Part shown: piece after piece, positions 49,631 to 59,341 of the stretch | Layout of the letters: the number at the start of each line of letters is the position of its first letter | How positions within the stretch are numbered: the first letter of the stretch is position 1 | Origin: a virus | Lineage: Duplodnaviria; Heunggongvirae; Uroviricota; Caudoviricetes | Direction: 5' to 3' (one strand) | IMG/VR virus record: IMGVR_UViG_3300010163_000013 | Span: 1-64,000 of that record | Length of the DNA stretch: 64,000 nt | The notes under the pieces: model-generated | Seen by the model: only the letters and a program-made list of their open reading frames with translations | Told to the model about the DNA's origin: nothing | Database searches by the model: none | Translations under genes and position numbers: made by a program

Positions 49631-50617
49631 ATGAAACAAGATGTAGAAATTCAACAGATAATAAAATTCATACAAACTTATGATAAAATATTAATAGCAA
49701 CGCATAACAATCCAGATGGAGATGCCATAGGTTCAGTTGTTGCCTTAGAAACAGTATTAAAAAAATTAAATAAAGATGTTTTTATTTTATTTCAAAATAA
49801 AATACCTAAAAATTATCAAGACATTGTAGGATTAAATAGAATTAATAAAACTAACATTCCATCAAAAAGATATGACTTATTAATTATTGTTGATTGTTCA
49901 GATAAAAATAGATTATATGATAATATTTTAAATTGTGCAGAACATATAATTGTTATCGACCATCACTTTGAATCAAATCATAATTTAAACAATGTAGAAT
50001 TCATATATAATAAAAATATTAGTTCTACAGGAATGATTATATATCAATTAATCAAACAAATAGAACAACAATATAATATTTTATTAATGGATAATTTTAT
50101 ATCTACTTGTATATATTTAACAATAGTGGCTGATACAAATAATTTTAAAAATAATAATGTTACATACTTAACTCATCAAGTTGCAAGTGATATGTTAAAA
50201 TATAATGCAAATACTAATTTAATAAATAATATTTATGAGAATAGAGAATATAGTTTATTAAAATTAATAGCTAATTGTTTTTATAGAATATGTATTGATT
50301 ATAAATATAATTTATTATACTTAGTAGTCAAACGAGATGATATTAGTAAGGCTAATTCAACATATAAAGAGGCTTGTATGTTAATAGATTATATAAAAAA
50401 TATAAATAAAATAGATACATATTTATTGTTTATTGAAGATAAAGATAGTGTAAAAGTACGAGCAAGATCAAACATAATAGATGTAGCAAACATATTAAAA
50501 GAATTTAACGGTGGTGGACATAAATTTGCTGCTGGAGCTTCTATTTATGGTGATATATATAGTGTATCAAATAAAGTTATTTCTAAAATAAAATCTACAG
50601 TTAATAAAACAACATAA
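49631..50617 (+). CDS. DHH/DHHA1 phosphoesterase (NrnA-like nanoRNase or pAp phosphatase).
   Basis: IATHNNPDGDAIGS, LLIIVDCSD, IVIDHHF and GGGHKFAAGA. Confidence 0.75.
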   Translation: MKQDVEIQQIIKFIQTYDKILIATHNNPDGDAIGSVVALETVLKKLNKDVFILFQNKIPKNYQDIVGLNRINKTNIPSKRYDLLIIVDCSDKNRLYDNILNCAEHIIVIDHHFESNHNLNNVEFIYNKNISSTGMIIYQLIKQIEQQYNILLMDNFISTCIYLTIVADTNNFKNNNVTYLTHQVASDMLKYNANTNLINNIYENREYSLLKLIANCFYRICIDYKYNLLYLVVKRDDISKANSTYKEACMLIDYIKNINKIDTYLLFIEDKDSVKVRARSNIIDVANILKEFNGGGHKFAAGASIYGDIYSVSNKVISKIKSTVNKTT

Positions 50618-50955
50618 ATATAATATATTATATTAAAAGAGTATAAAAATTATATATTTTTTAAATATTAATAAAAAATCTAATTTAGACATTGTTAATT
50701 TTAATAAATATTATAAATTTAAAATAATAATGGTAATACTTATAAATGTTATATAATTGAATGTTTTATATATTATATATATAAAAGGTGTTTGTTGATA
50801 AAATATTTATAAAATTTATATTGATTTATTAACTTATTATATTTTCGAGTGCGCAGAAGGAAATAGTTTTAAGTAAAATAATATATATATTAAATTTAAT
50901 AAATATAATCAATAACCATCTTTTTTATATTTTAAAATAAAAAGATGGTGAAAAA

Positions 50956-51585
50956 ATGAAAAAACGAAATATAAAACGTTTATTAAAAAATAAAAAACAT
51001 TTATTTAAAACAAGTAAATTAACAAAACAAGCTGATTGGATAGATGTAAATGTATATCAAAACGATATAATTAATATTATAACAGATGCCATATCTCAAC
51101 AATCTGTAATTAAAGTTAATTATGCGGGTTCAGGGTGGAGAAATATTTTACCATATGGATGGTATACTTCAAAAGATAACAATATTTTATTATATTGTTA
51201 TAAAGAAAATTCTGCTATACGCTCTTATAGATTAGATAAAGTTATTAATTTAATGATTGATGATAAGTTAGATACAGATTTTAACAAACAACAAGAAAAT
51301 GATATATTGGATTTTGAAATATTAGAACTGCCAGAAAACAATGAAGAAATATTGGAAATTTCTGAAAATGAACAAGGAGCAGAAACTCCATTTGATGAAT
51401 CAATAGAGATGTTAGAAGATACTATGATAGAAGATAATAATATGAATGATAATAATTTATTTAATAGTGATTTTAATACTAATACTGATATTAATAATAT
51501 CAATTTTAATAACAATGACATTAATAATAATGACTTTAATAACAATGATTTTAATAATGATAATTTTAATAATAATCAATTTTAA
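50956..51585 (+). CDS. WYL-domain protein with an Asn/Asp-rich low-complexity tail.
   Basis: RNILPYGWYTSKDNNILLYCYKENSAIRSYRLDKVINL matches the WYL-domain pattern (R..P..WY......L.a.c....RxFRLdRI). The C-terminus is (NNDFNN)n. Confidence 0.5.
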   Translation: MKKRNIKRLLKNKKHLFKTSKLTKQADWIDVNVYQNDIINIITDAISQQSVIKVNYAGSGWRNILPYGWYTSKDNNILLYCYKENSAIRSYRLDKVINLMIDDKLDTDFNKQQENDILDFEILELPENNEEILEISENEQGAETPFDESIEMLEDTMIEDNNMNDNNLFNSDFNTNTDINNINFNNNDINNNDFNNNDFNNDNFNNNQF

Positions 51586-51619
51586 TAACAAAAAATTTTA
51601 TATAAAAGGAGCTTTTTAT

Positions 51620-51790
51620 AATGAAAAAAATTTATAATTTAACACAATGCCCTAATGAAAGTATAAAAGATACCGCCCCAAAATGGATGGATGATTTTTT
51701 TAAAAATAGTAATAAAAAAAAGGTTAAGGAAAATCCTTTTAAAGGAGTAGATAATTTTTTAAATATAGGATTGGAAAAAAATAATAAATA
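51620..51790 (+). CDS. Possible 56-aa small protein.
   Basis: Shine-Dalgarno site AAAGGAG before the ATG at 51620. Confidence 0.3.
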
Positions 51791-51871
51791 AAAGTTTATA
51801 AAAAAATATATACATAAAAAAAGTTATATGTTATAATTTAATATATAATTTTAGATAAAGGGTGATTTATT

Positions 51872-52609
51872 GTGGTATGTGTAGCGATTAATGGATTACA
51901 TTTTATAAATAATAAAAAACTAAAAGAAGAATATAAAAAAATATTTGCAAAAATATTTAAAACTGAAAAAAAGAAAAAAGAAGAAGAAAAGAAAAAAGAA
52001 AGAGAACGCATATTAAATGAATTAATAAAACAATATCAGGAAACAAAAAATGAAGAAGTATTTAATCAAATATATGATCGTTATAAGGATTTTATTAAGA
52101 GCAAATCTATAAATAATACTCTTAATATTGATTATGTTTCTGAATTAAATCTTGCATTATATAATGCTGTATTGTCATTTGATATTAATAATAAAACAAA
52201 TGCAAGTTTTACAACATATTTTTTTAAATGTGCTGAAAATCAAATCAGAGCGGTTAATATGGGATTAAATGCTAAAAAAAGAAGATCAAATAAAAACACT
52301 ATTTCTATGCAAACTAAAAATCCATATTTTGACAATGCAGAAATTACATTAGAAGATATGATAGAAGATTCTTGTTCCAAAGAAATTTTTAATAACATTG
52401 ATTTTAAAGTAACTTTAAAATCATTATTTAAAAAACTAAAATTTGATGAACAAAAGGCAATTCAGTTATTTATACAAGGGTTTACTTTAAAAGAAATAGG
52501 ACAAGAGTTGGGTAATATAACTGCATCCGCTGTATCTTCTAAGTTAAAGCGATTAAGAAATAAAAAATTAATTCAACCCGAATTACAAAGTTTATTAGGA
52601 ATGGTATAA
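51872..52609 (+). CDS. Sigma-70-family RNA polymerase sigma factor.
   Basis: The region 2-like segment is LYNAVLSFDINNKTNASFTTYFFKCAENQIRA. The region 4 helix-turn-helix is LKEIGQELGNITASAVSSKLKRLRNK. A GTG start follows AAAGGGTGA. Confidence 0.6.
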   Translation: MVCVAINGLHFINNKKLKEEYKKIFAKIFKTEKKKKEEEKKKERERILNELIKQYQETKNEEVFNQIYDRYKDFIKSKSINNTLNIDYVSELNLALYNAVLSFDINNKTNASFTTYFFKCAENQIRAVNMGLNAKKRRSNKNTISMQTKNPYFDNAEITLEDMIEDSCSKEIFNNIDFKVTLKSLFKKLKFDEQKAIQLFIQGFTLKEIGQELGNITASAVSSKLKRLRNKKLIQPELQSLLGMV

Positions 52610-52700
52610 TAAATATTTTATATAAATATCACAATTTTACATATAAAATCAATAAATCACTATATGATATATAGTTAAAAAAATAGAAAAGGAAAATTTT

Positions 52701-53597
52701 ATGAATGTTTTAAGTTTATGTGACGGAATGAGTTGTGGTCAAATTGCATTAAAAGAACTTAATATACCAATAGATAGTTATTATGCAAGTGAAATAGATA
52801 AAAATGCTATAAAAGTTACAATGGACAATTTTCCTAATACTATTCAATTAGGAGATGTTACAAAAATAACTTTTGAGATATTAGAACAATTACCTAAAAT
52901 TGATTTAATTATATTTGGCAGCCCTTGTAAGAGCCTTTCTCGTGCTACAATGGGCAGAAGTAAGTATAATAATGGATTAAAAGGAATATCAGGTTTGTTT
53001 TATTATTGTAATGATATTTTACAATGGATAAAAACAAACAATAATCAAAATGTGTTTTTTATGGTTGAAAATGTTGATAGTAATAATATAAACGATTTGT
53101 TAAAAATGAGTAATTTATTAGGAGTTAAACCAACTCTAATTAATAGTAACTTATTTTCTGCACAAGATAGAAAGCGTTATTATTGGACTAATATTCCTCT
53201 TAATGAATTACCTAATAGTAATTCATTGATTTTAAATGATATTATGGACAATAATGTTGATGAGAAATATTATTATCCACAAGGATTTACATATTTAGGA
53301 GATGATAAAAAAGTTTGTGCTATATTACATATTAATGGACATGATATTTTAAAAAGGGTCAATAATAAAAATTTTAAATCTCCTACTTTAACAGCTTGTA
53401 GAGGTGGTAATACACAAAAGAAAGTGTTTGATAATGGTAGGGTTAGGAAGCTAACTCCTAATGAATATAGAAAATTACAAACTATTCCTGCTTGGTATAA
53501 AATGAACATAGCAGATTCACATATTTATAATATGTGCGGTGACGGATGGACTATTGAAGTTATAAAATTTATTTTTCAAAACTTAAAGGAGAAATAA
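52701..53597 (+). CDS. C5-cytosine DNA methyltransferase.
   Basis: LSLCDGMSCG (motif I-like), FGSPCKSLS (motif IV), FFMVENV (motif VI) and RKLTPNEYRKLQTIPAWY (motif IX/X). Confidence 0.65.
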   Translation: MNVLSLCDGMSCGQIALKELNIPIDSYYASEIDKNAIKVTMDNFPNTIQLGDVTKITFEILEQLPKIDLIIFGSPCKSLSRATMGRSKYNNGLKGISGLFYYCNDILQWIKTNNNQNVFFMVENVDSNNINDLLKMSNLLGVKPTLINSNLFSAQDRKRYYWTNIPLNELPNSNSLILNDIMDNNVDEKYYYPQGFTYLGDDKKVCAILHINGHDILKRVNNKNFKSPTLTACRGGNTQKKVFDNGRVRKLTPNEYRKLQTIPAWYKMNIADSHIYNMCGDGWTIEVIKFIFQNLKEK

Positions 53598-53605
53598 GTA
53601 ATAAA

Positions 53606-54820
53606 ATGGAGAGGTTAAATATAATAACTACTTTTAGTGGTATAGGTTGTTAAGAAAGAGGTATATTAAACTCTAATTTGTTTAATTTAAAAGTTTTATA
53701 TACATCTGAAATAGATAAAGATGCAATGCTTAGTTATGCTATTATACATAATAATTTAACAAATGAATTAATAAAAAAATATAAATATCCAACAAAAGAA
53801 GAAATGATAAAAGAATTAGAAAATAAGAATATAGGATATGATTTTAAAAATAAAAAACTTTTTAATTGGAATAGATGTAAGAACATAAAAAAATATTGGT
53901 TAGCTTATAAATTATCTAATAATTTAGGTGATATATGTAAAGTTGATAAATTACCTCCCCCACACACACAAAAAAAATGTGACTTATTGACATTTTCATT
54001 TCCTTGTCAAGATATTTCATCTGCGGGACAGCAAAATGGTATAATACAAAACAAAACTCAAAGTGGATTAGTATATGAGATATTACGTTTATTACAAACA
54101 GCCACATATTTACCAAAATATTTAATTTTAGAAAACGTTAAAGCTTTGGTAAGTAAAAAGTTTATCAATGATTTTAATGATATTAATAAAATTTTTGATG
54201 TATTAGGTTATAATGTATATTGGAAAATATTAAATAGTAAAGATTGTGGAATACCACATAATAGGGAAAGAGTATTTGTGATTTATATAAAAAAAGATAT
54301 AGATACAAAATTATTTACTTTTCCTAAATCATTTGATAATGGGTTAAGAGTAAAGGATTTATTAGAAAAAAAAGTAGATGAAAAATATTATTTAAGTAAA
54401 ACAATATAAGATAGGTTACAAATTGTTGATACAACATTTACAAAAGATTATGTTGCAACTACAAGACCAAAATTTAGAAAAATAGGTCAAAGAGATAGGG
54501 TGTATAATCAAAATGGATTTATAGCAACATTGGCATCTACTGATTACAAACAACCTAAACAAATATTAGACAAGGCAATAACAAATATTAATGAAACAAA
54601 CAATACAAGAGTTAGAAAAATAACACCTAAAGAATGTTTATACTTTATGGGTCTTAGTGATATAGATTATTATAAGCTTAAAAAAATGAATGTTTCAGAT
54701 ACTTTGATATATAAACAAGTAGGAAATGGAATAGTAACAAATTGTATAAAGTTGATAATAGAACATTTATATAAAGCACAATATGATAATAATTATGTTT
54801 GTTATGATGAAAATTTTTAA
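53606..54820 (+). pseudogene. Second C5-cytosine DNA methyltransferase. It is one continuous frame interrupted by two in-frame TAA codons at 53651 and 54407.
   Basis: FSGIGC* (motif I), then ...FSFPCQDISSAGQQNG (motif IV) and LENVKALVS (motif VI), then a TAA, then ...RKITPKECLYFMGLSD (motif IX/X). All three segments share frame 2. Confidence 0.6.
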
Positions 54821-54920
54821 AAAATATATGTTATTATATGATTGATTATAAATGATTTTATAAATTATAAATTTAATATTTAGCTTAGTATAAGAATAAA
54901 AGGAGGTTTTTGTGTATATA

Positions 54921-55127
54921 ATGGACTATAAAAGTTTAATATTTAATTTAATGCAATAAGAAAATAATATTCAGGCTAAAGAGTTACAAGGAATATTGCC
55001 TAAAGAGTTAAAATTAAAGCCATATGACTTTGCACGTTTAGAAAAACAAATAGTTTCAGACATTAAGGAAAATGAAACAATGGAAATAAGAAATGAATTT
55101 TTATTAACAAAATGTATTTTAATATAG
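54921..55127 (+). pseudogene. Small ORF whose Shine-Dalgarno-led start (MDYKSLIFNLMQ) is followed by an in-frame TAA at 54957 and then 56 more sense codons with no start codon.
   Basis: AAAGGAGG lies upstream of the ATG at 54921. The frame is continuous to the TAG at 55125 apart from the single TAA. Confidence 0.35.
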
Positions 55128-55177
55128 TTATGAATATATGATAGGTCTTAAATTATTATCAGGACTTATTTTTATTA

Positions 55178-55206
55178 TAATATAAAAACACCTGCTATGC
55201 AGGTGA
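55178..55206 (-). terminator. Minus-strand hairpin terminator ending the 59341 to 55242 gene block.
   Basis: CACCTGCtatGCAGGTG with an A-run on the + strand, which is a T-run on the minus strand. Confidence 0.55.
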
Positions 55207-55241
55207 ATGGTTATAAATAAACTTTATATACTTTATATTTT

Positions 55242-55505
55242 TCATAAAACAATATTTGTTTTTAATATATTATTAATATACTTGTGTTCTTCTTTCAATG
55301 CTTCTGAACGTTTTTTAAAAGGGCCTAATATCTTGCCGTTTATCGGTTTTAAATCTACATACCAATTCCCGTCTTTATCTGGTTCAACATATGAGGCCCT
55401 TTTAATGTTTAAATCTCCAATTTCTTCAAGATTTAATTCCTCATTATACAAACTTTGTACTGAACCATCCTCATTAAATGAAATTACTAATTCCATTATA
55501 ATCAC
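55242..55505 (-). CDS. Hypothetical small protein.
   Basis: ORF of 87 aa. The N-terminus MELVISFNEDGS resembles the N-terminus of the 56693 ORF. Confidence 0.4.
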   Translation of the reverse strand: MIIMELVISFNEDGSVQSLYNEELNLEEIGDLNIKRASYVEPDKDGNWYVDLKPINGKILGPFKKRSEALKEEHKYINNILKTNIVL

Positions 55506-56146
55506 TCCTTCAATATTATTATAGCACGTTTTTTTGATTTAAGTTTTATATAGGATTTTACTATATTATTTTTTGTTATATTAAATTTATATTGAGAACT
55601 AATATATTTTAATAAATACAAAAAAAGCATTTCATCATATATACCATTAACATTTATTTGAGAATATATATTATTTTTATTTAAAGATAGTATTTTAATA
55701 TCAATTTTATTTATATTAGTATACATTCTTTTTAATCTATTTTCTATAATAGATAATTGTTGTATTATTGCTTTTTTAAACATTATTAAATCGCTACAAA
55801 AATTAATATTATATGTTTTATTCCGTAAACTCTCTAATTGTTCAGTTGTTATTTCATTTATTTTAAAAAAGGCTGAATGATAGTGAAAATTATTTACATA
55901 TTCAATTAAATTTTTTTCAAAATATTTATAATAATTATATGATATTGTTATTTTAAATAAATTACTTGAAATGTCTATCCTTTTTTCATCATCTATTATA
56001 TTTTGAATATTTTTAAATTTATTTTGAATACTTTTCATACATATATCAATAAAATCAATATATTCTATATTATTTTTAGGAATATAATCTATATCATTTA
56101 AACCTTTATATTTAGAAATAGAAAAAATTATAGACAATTTATTCAT
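55502..56146 (-). CDS. Hypothetical protein.
   Basis: ORF of 214 aa that overlaps its downstream neighbour by 4 nt. Confidence 0.45.
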   Translation of the reverse strand: MNKLSIIFSISKYKGLNDIDYIPKNNIEYIDFIDICMKSIQNKFKNIQNIIDDEKRIDISSNLFKITISYNYYKYFEKNLIEYVNNFHYHSAFFKINEITTEQLESLRNKTYNINFCSDLIMFKKAIIQQLSIIENRLKRMYTNINKIDIKILSLNKNNIYSQINVNGIYDEMLFLYLLKYISSQYKFNITKNNIVKSYIKLKSKKRAIIILKE

Positions 56147-56148
56147 TT

Positions 56149-56616
56149 TTAATTACTCCTTTTCATTATGCGAATTGTTCGTTTTTTAGAGCGTATAACG
56201 TTATTTTGTGTATTAGAATTTATTTTATTAGTTTCATTAGTATTAGTGTTATTTTCATATAAAGACATTTCATTATGTTTCATATAACTTGTTGATTTAT
56301 TTTGTGTAATAATATCATTATCAAAAGATAACTCTTGTCTAATACTAATAATATTAACATAAATAAAGTTATCAGTAGTTGATATAAGTTGCTTTACAAG
56401 AAAGCTAATATCATTAAAAGTATACATTTTTGGTTTATAATCAATATTCATTTTTATTTTTATATCGACCCCAATATATGTTATCACTTCACTTATAATT
56501 TCAATATTATTTACTCTAATTATATATTTTTCTAATCTATTAATTATTGTGTTTAAACTATCTTTAATAATATCTTCATGATAATATGGTGTACTTGCTA
56601 CAAAAATTATTTCCAT
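56149..56616 (-). CDS. Hypothetical protein.
   Basis: ORF of 155 aa. Confidence 0.45.
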   Translation of the reverse strand: MEIIFVASTPYYHEDIIKDSLNTIINRLEKYIIRVNNIEIISEVITYIGVDIKIKMNIDYKPKMYTFNDISFLVKQLISTTDNFIYVNIISIRQELSFDNDIITQNKSTSYMKHNEMSLYENNTNTNETNKINSNTQNNVIRSKKRTIRIMKRSN

Positions 56617-56692
56617 TATAATATTTCACCTACCAACATATTATACAATATAAGGGAGTATTGTTGTTACTCCCTTTTTATTGTTATTTTAA

Positions 56693-56881
56693 TTATATCA
56701 ATTTTTTAATTACATTAGTTTCTTCATTTTTATAAAAATCAACAGTATTTGTAGATGAAGTAATAACACCTAAGTTTTTTTCAAATGGTTTTGTAATGTT
56801 TTTGCAGGATGCACCATTAACATTTTCTACTTTCATATTAGTGTTACCTTCTTCGTCAAAAGTAAAAACAATTTGTCCCAT
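56693..56881 (-). CDS. Small DUF2997-like protein.
   Basis: MGQIVFTFDEEGNTNMKVENVNGASCKNITKPFEKNLGV fits my recollection of the DUF2997 pattern (G.SC...T...E..LG). Confidence 0.4.
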   Translation of the reverse strand: MGQIVFTFDEEGNTNMKVENVNGASCKNITKPFEKNLGVITSSTNTVDFYKNEETNVIKKLI

Positions 56882-56884
56882 TTA

Positions 56885-57247
56885 TTACACCGCCCTTTTT
56901 CTATTTTTCTTTTTAATGCCCACCTGTATAATATATTCGTCTGTGCTTTTACGGTAAAAAATATTAATGCTTTCGCCTGTAATAGTTTTTAATAGACCGT
57001 TATCATAAAATATTTTCATTTTATTATCAAAATGCCACTTATTTTCAAATGTTTGAGGTATTATAGCAACAACAATGTCTCTATTACCTAAATATTCATT
57101 GATTTTGTCAATTAAATATATTTTTGTATCGGCTGAAACTAAAAATCCTTTTACACAAAATTTATTATTATTTAATCCTTGAAAAATCAACATTGATGTT
57201 TTTGGAATGGGTTTTTCGTATTTTTTAAAGTATTTATAGTATTGCAT
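56885..57247 (-). CDS. Hypothetical protein. The start is corrected to the internal Met, which is preceded by AAGGAGG.
   Basis: On the minus strand ...GCAAGGAGGATATTATTATG CAA TAC TAT (MQYYKYF). Confidence 0.45.
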   Translation of the reverse strand: MQYYKYFKKYEKPIPKTSMLIFQGLNNNKFCVKGFLVSADTKIYLIDKINEYLGNRDIVVAIIPQTFENKWHFDNKMKIFYDNGLLKTITGESINIFYRKSTDEYIIQVGIKKKNRKRAV

Positions 57248-57307
57248 AATAATATCCTCCTTGCATAAAAACCGTAAGCTTTTAAACAACAATAAACTAT
57301 TTGCTTA

Positions 57308-57532
57308 TTATTGTCTTTTTCTTTCATAAGCAACTTCTTCCCCTGTTTCAAATTTTACGCTTATTAAAAAAGGATAGCCTGTTTTGTCTTGATTATAACT
57401 TAAATATTTTTTAGCTATAACACTAACTGGTTTTGAATGATTTTCTTCACATAATTTTGCTTTTTCTTTATCTTTATAAAGAGTATTGCAAAAGGTACAT
57501 TGATATTGTTTAATTTCTTTTATAGTAAACAC
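57308..57532 (-). CDS. Small zinc-ribbon protein.
   Basis: CTFCNTLYKDKEKAKLCEENH. Length 74 aa. Confidence 0.4.
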   Translation of the reverse strand: MFTIKEIKQYQCTFCNTLYKDKEKAKLCEENHSKPVSVIAKKYLSYNQDKTGYPFLISVKFETGEEVAYERKRQ

Positions 57533-57538
57533 TCCCTT

Positions 57539-57892
57539 TTAAACATTAACAAACAATTTTATATTATTACCAATTTGTTTTTCTTGAAAAGTATAACCAT
57601 TTTTAATAGCTATGGACTTTGTTTTTTCAACAGCATAATGCTGTTTAAACAAATTCAATTCCTTAATATCACCCCACCATCCTTCATAATTATCAAATAT
57701 AACCTCACCAGATGAATTAATGTTGATAGGATATTTCCAACCATTCAATTTAACTTCTGTTCCTGTAGCTGCCTTACCGTCATAAAAACGAGTTGTTGTT
57801 TTCTCTGAAAAAGGAATGTTTAACTTTTTACACACCTTTTTAATAACATTTACATCTTTCATCTTTACATCAATAGTTGTACAATGTGACAT
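57539..57892 (-). CDS. DUF1257-like protein.
   Basis: The N-terminus MSHCTTI and ...GEVIFDNYEGWWGD match the remembered DUF1257 pattern (MSHFTTI...DxWG). It starts 4 nt after the stop of the AAA+ gene, so the two are likely coupled. Confidence 0.45.
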   Translation of the reverse strand: MSHCTTIDVKMKDVNVIKKVCKKLNIPFSEKTTTRFYDGKAATGTEVKLNGWKYPININSSGEVIFDNYEGWWGDIKELNLFKQHYAVEKTKSIAIKNGYTFQEKQIGNNIKLFVNV

Positions 57893-57895
57893 AAT

Positions 57896-59341
57896 TTATA
57901 TCTCCTTTACCATAGTAATATTTCTTTTTTTATTTGATTTTTTATTTGTTCCACAAATTTTTGATGCCGAAATAGTTCTTCCTTTTGCCCAATTTCTTAA
58001 ATTATTAATTTTTTCTTTCATTGTATTAAAAATTGGAGTAACATATTTACTTGTTTCTATTAAAGATAAATCTAAGCTATTAGACAAGCGATACAATGTT
58101 TTAATTTCTGCTCCTGTCCAATTTTCGATATTAGGCAATTCATCATCAATTACATTATATTCCTTTTTGTACAATTCACAAATACCTTTTCTTTCTTCTT
58201 CATTGGGTAAATCAACAAAGAAAATAGCATCCCATCTTTCTGCTCTTAAATATTCAGGTGGCAACTTTGATATGTCATTACTTGTTGCAATAATATATAC
58301 ATCTGATGTATGGTCTGATAACCATTTAAGAAATTGTCCACCTTGACGTTGAGATGTACCACTATCACCATTATAACCAGATACACCTGCTAAACCTTTT
58401 TCAATTTCGTCTATAAACAAAATACAAGGTTCCATTGCATCTATCGTCTGTAATGCACTAGCAGTTTTTCTTTCTGTTTCGCCTACAAGACTATCCATCA
58501 TAGAACTAAAGTCCATATTAATGGTAATCCTATTAGTTTCAGTACCAAGAGTGTTAGCAAAATGAGATTTACCACCACCAGGTACACCAACTAATAAAAT
58601 ACCTTTGCCTTTACCTACCATTTTTTTAGAAAAATATTTTAATTCTTCCATTCCGTATAAGCTATTAAAATCTAAGGTAGAGTTATTGATAAGTAATGAA
58701 CTTTGTGATTTAACAAGTTGCTTTTTTTGTTCATTAATAAATTCTGGAAGGATTGCACCTTTTGTAGTTAAGCTTAAACTTAATGCCTGTTCCAATTCAT
58801 ATTTGGTTAATCCTTTTCCTGCTGTAATTAATTCTTTTTTATTTTTTATTTGTATAGTACAATTAAAACTATGACAGTATTCTTCTATATAATTTTCAAT
58901 TTCTTTTTCTGTTGGTAAAGAAAAATCTATAATTGTAATATATCTATTAATTTCTTTTGGAATAGAAGATGTCATAGGAGAAATAATGATAAATGTACAC
59001 TCCCTTTGGGAAAATATAGACATACTATCTAATAATGCCCTCCAAACTACATTATTTTGTATATAACAATGATAATCTAATACAAATATGACTTCATTAT
59101 CCATATTGGTTAAATATGTTATTGGCTGGAATGGATCCATAGTTGTTTCTTCAATGATTTCTTCTTCGTCATTTTCTATTTTATAAACACCTTTATGAAT
59201 GTCCCATATTGCATAGTTTTTTACTCCAATATCTTCATTGTCTTTTAATGTTTTTATTGTTTCATCAATATAACGTTCATATTCTATTGTGTTAATCCAT
59301 AATGCGGTGTAATCCGCAAAGATATAGTTTATAGTATTCAT
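57896..59341 (-). CDS. AAA+ ATPase (classic-clade AAA domain with an N-terminal domain of about 230 aa).
   Basis: GILLVGVPGGGKSHFANTLG (Walker A), ILFIDEIEKGLAG (Walker B), IIATSNDISKLPPEYLRAERWDAIFFVDLPNEEER (sensor and SRH). Confidence 0.8.
   Translation of the reverse strand: MNTINYIFADYTALWINTIEYERYIDETIKTLKDNEDIGVKNYAIWDIHKGVYKIENDEEEIIEETTMDPFQPITYLTNMDNEVIFVLDYHCYIQNNVVWRALLDSMSIFSQRECTFIIISPMTSSIPKEINRYITIIDFSLPTEKEIENYIEEYCHSFNCTIQIKNKKELITAGKGLTKYELEQALSLSLTTKGAILPEFINEQKKQLVKSQSSLLINNSTLDFNSLYGMEELKYFSKKMVGKGKGILLVGVPGGGKSHFANTLGTETNRITINMDFSSMMDSLVGETERKTASALQTIDAMEPCILFIDEIEKGLAGVSGYNGDSGTSQRQGGQFLKWLSDHTSDVYIIATSNDISKLPPEYLRAERWDAIFFVDLPNEEERKGICELYKKEYNVIDDELPNIENWTGAEIKTLYRLSNSLDLSLIETSKYVTPIFNTMKEKINNLRNWAKGRTISASKICGTNKKSNKKRNITMVKEI

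Noticed and set aside
51446-51637. ORF MIIIYLIVILILILI... overlapping the WYL gene tail.
   Set aside because: It is an alternative reading of the (AATAAT)n repeat that encodes the Asn/Asp tail. It is not an independent gene.
53606-55127. Global reassignment of TAA as a sense codon.
   Set aside because: Most genes in the window terminate cleanly on TAA with a terminator hairpin right after. The other broken gene (15294..16230) also has frameshifts and a TGA. Only locus-specific readthrough or ordinary nonsense mutation remains plausible.
57500-58874. Plus-strand ORFs 57500..57715, 57816..58346 and 58605..58874 inside the minus-strand island.
   Set aside because: They are shadows of the strongly supported AAA+ ATPase and DUF1257-like genes on the minus strand.
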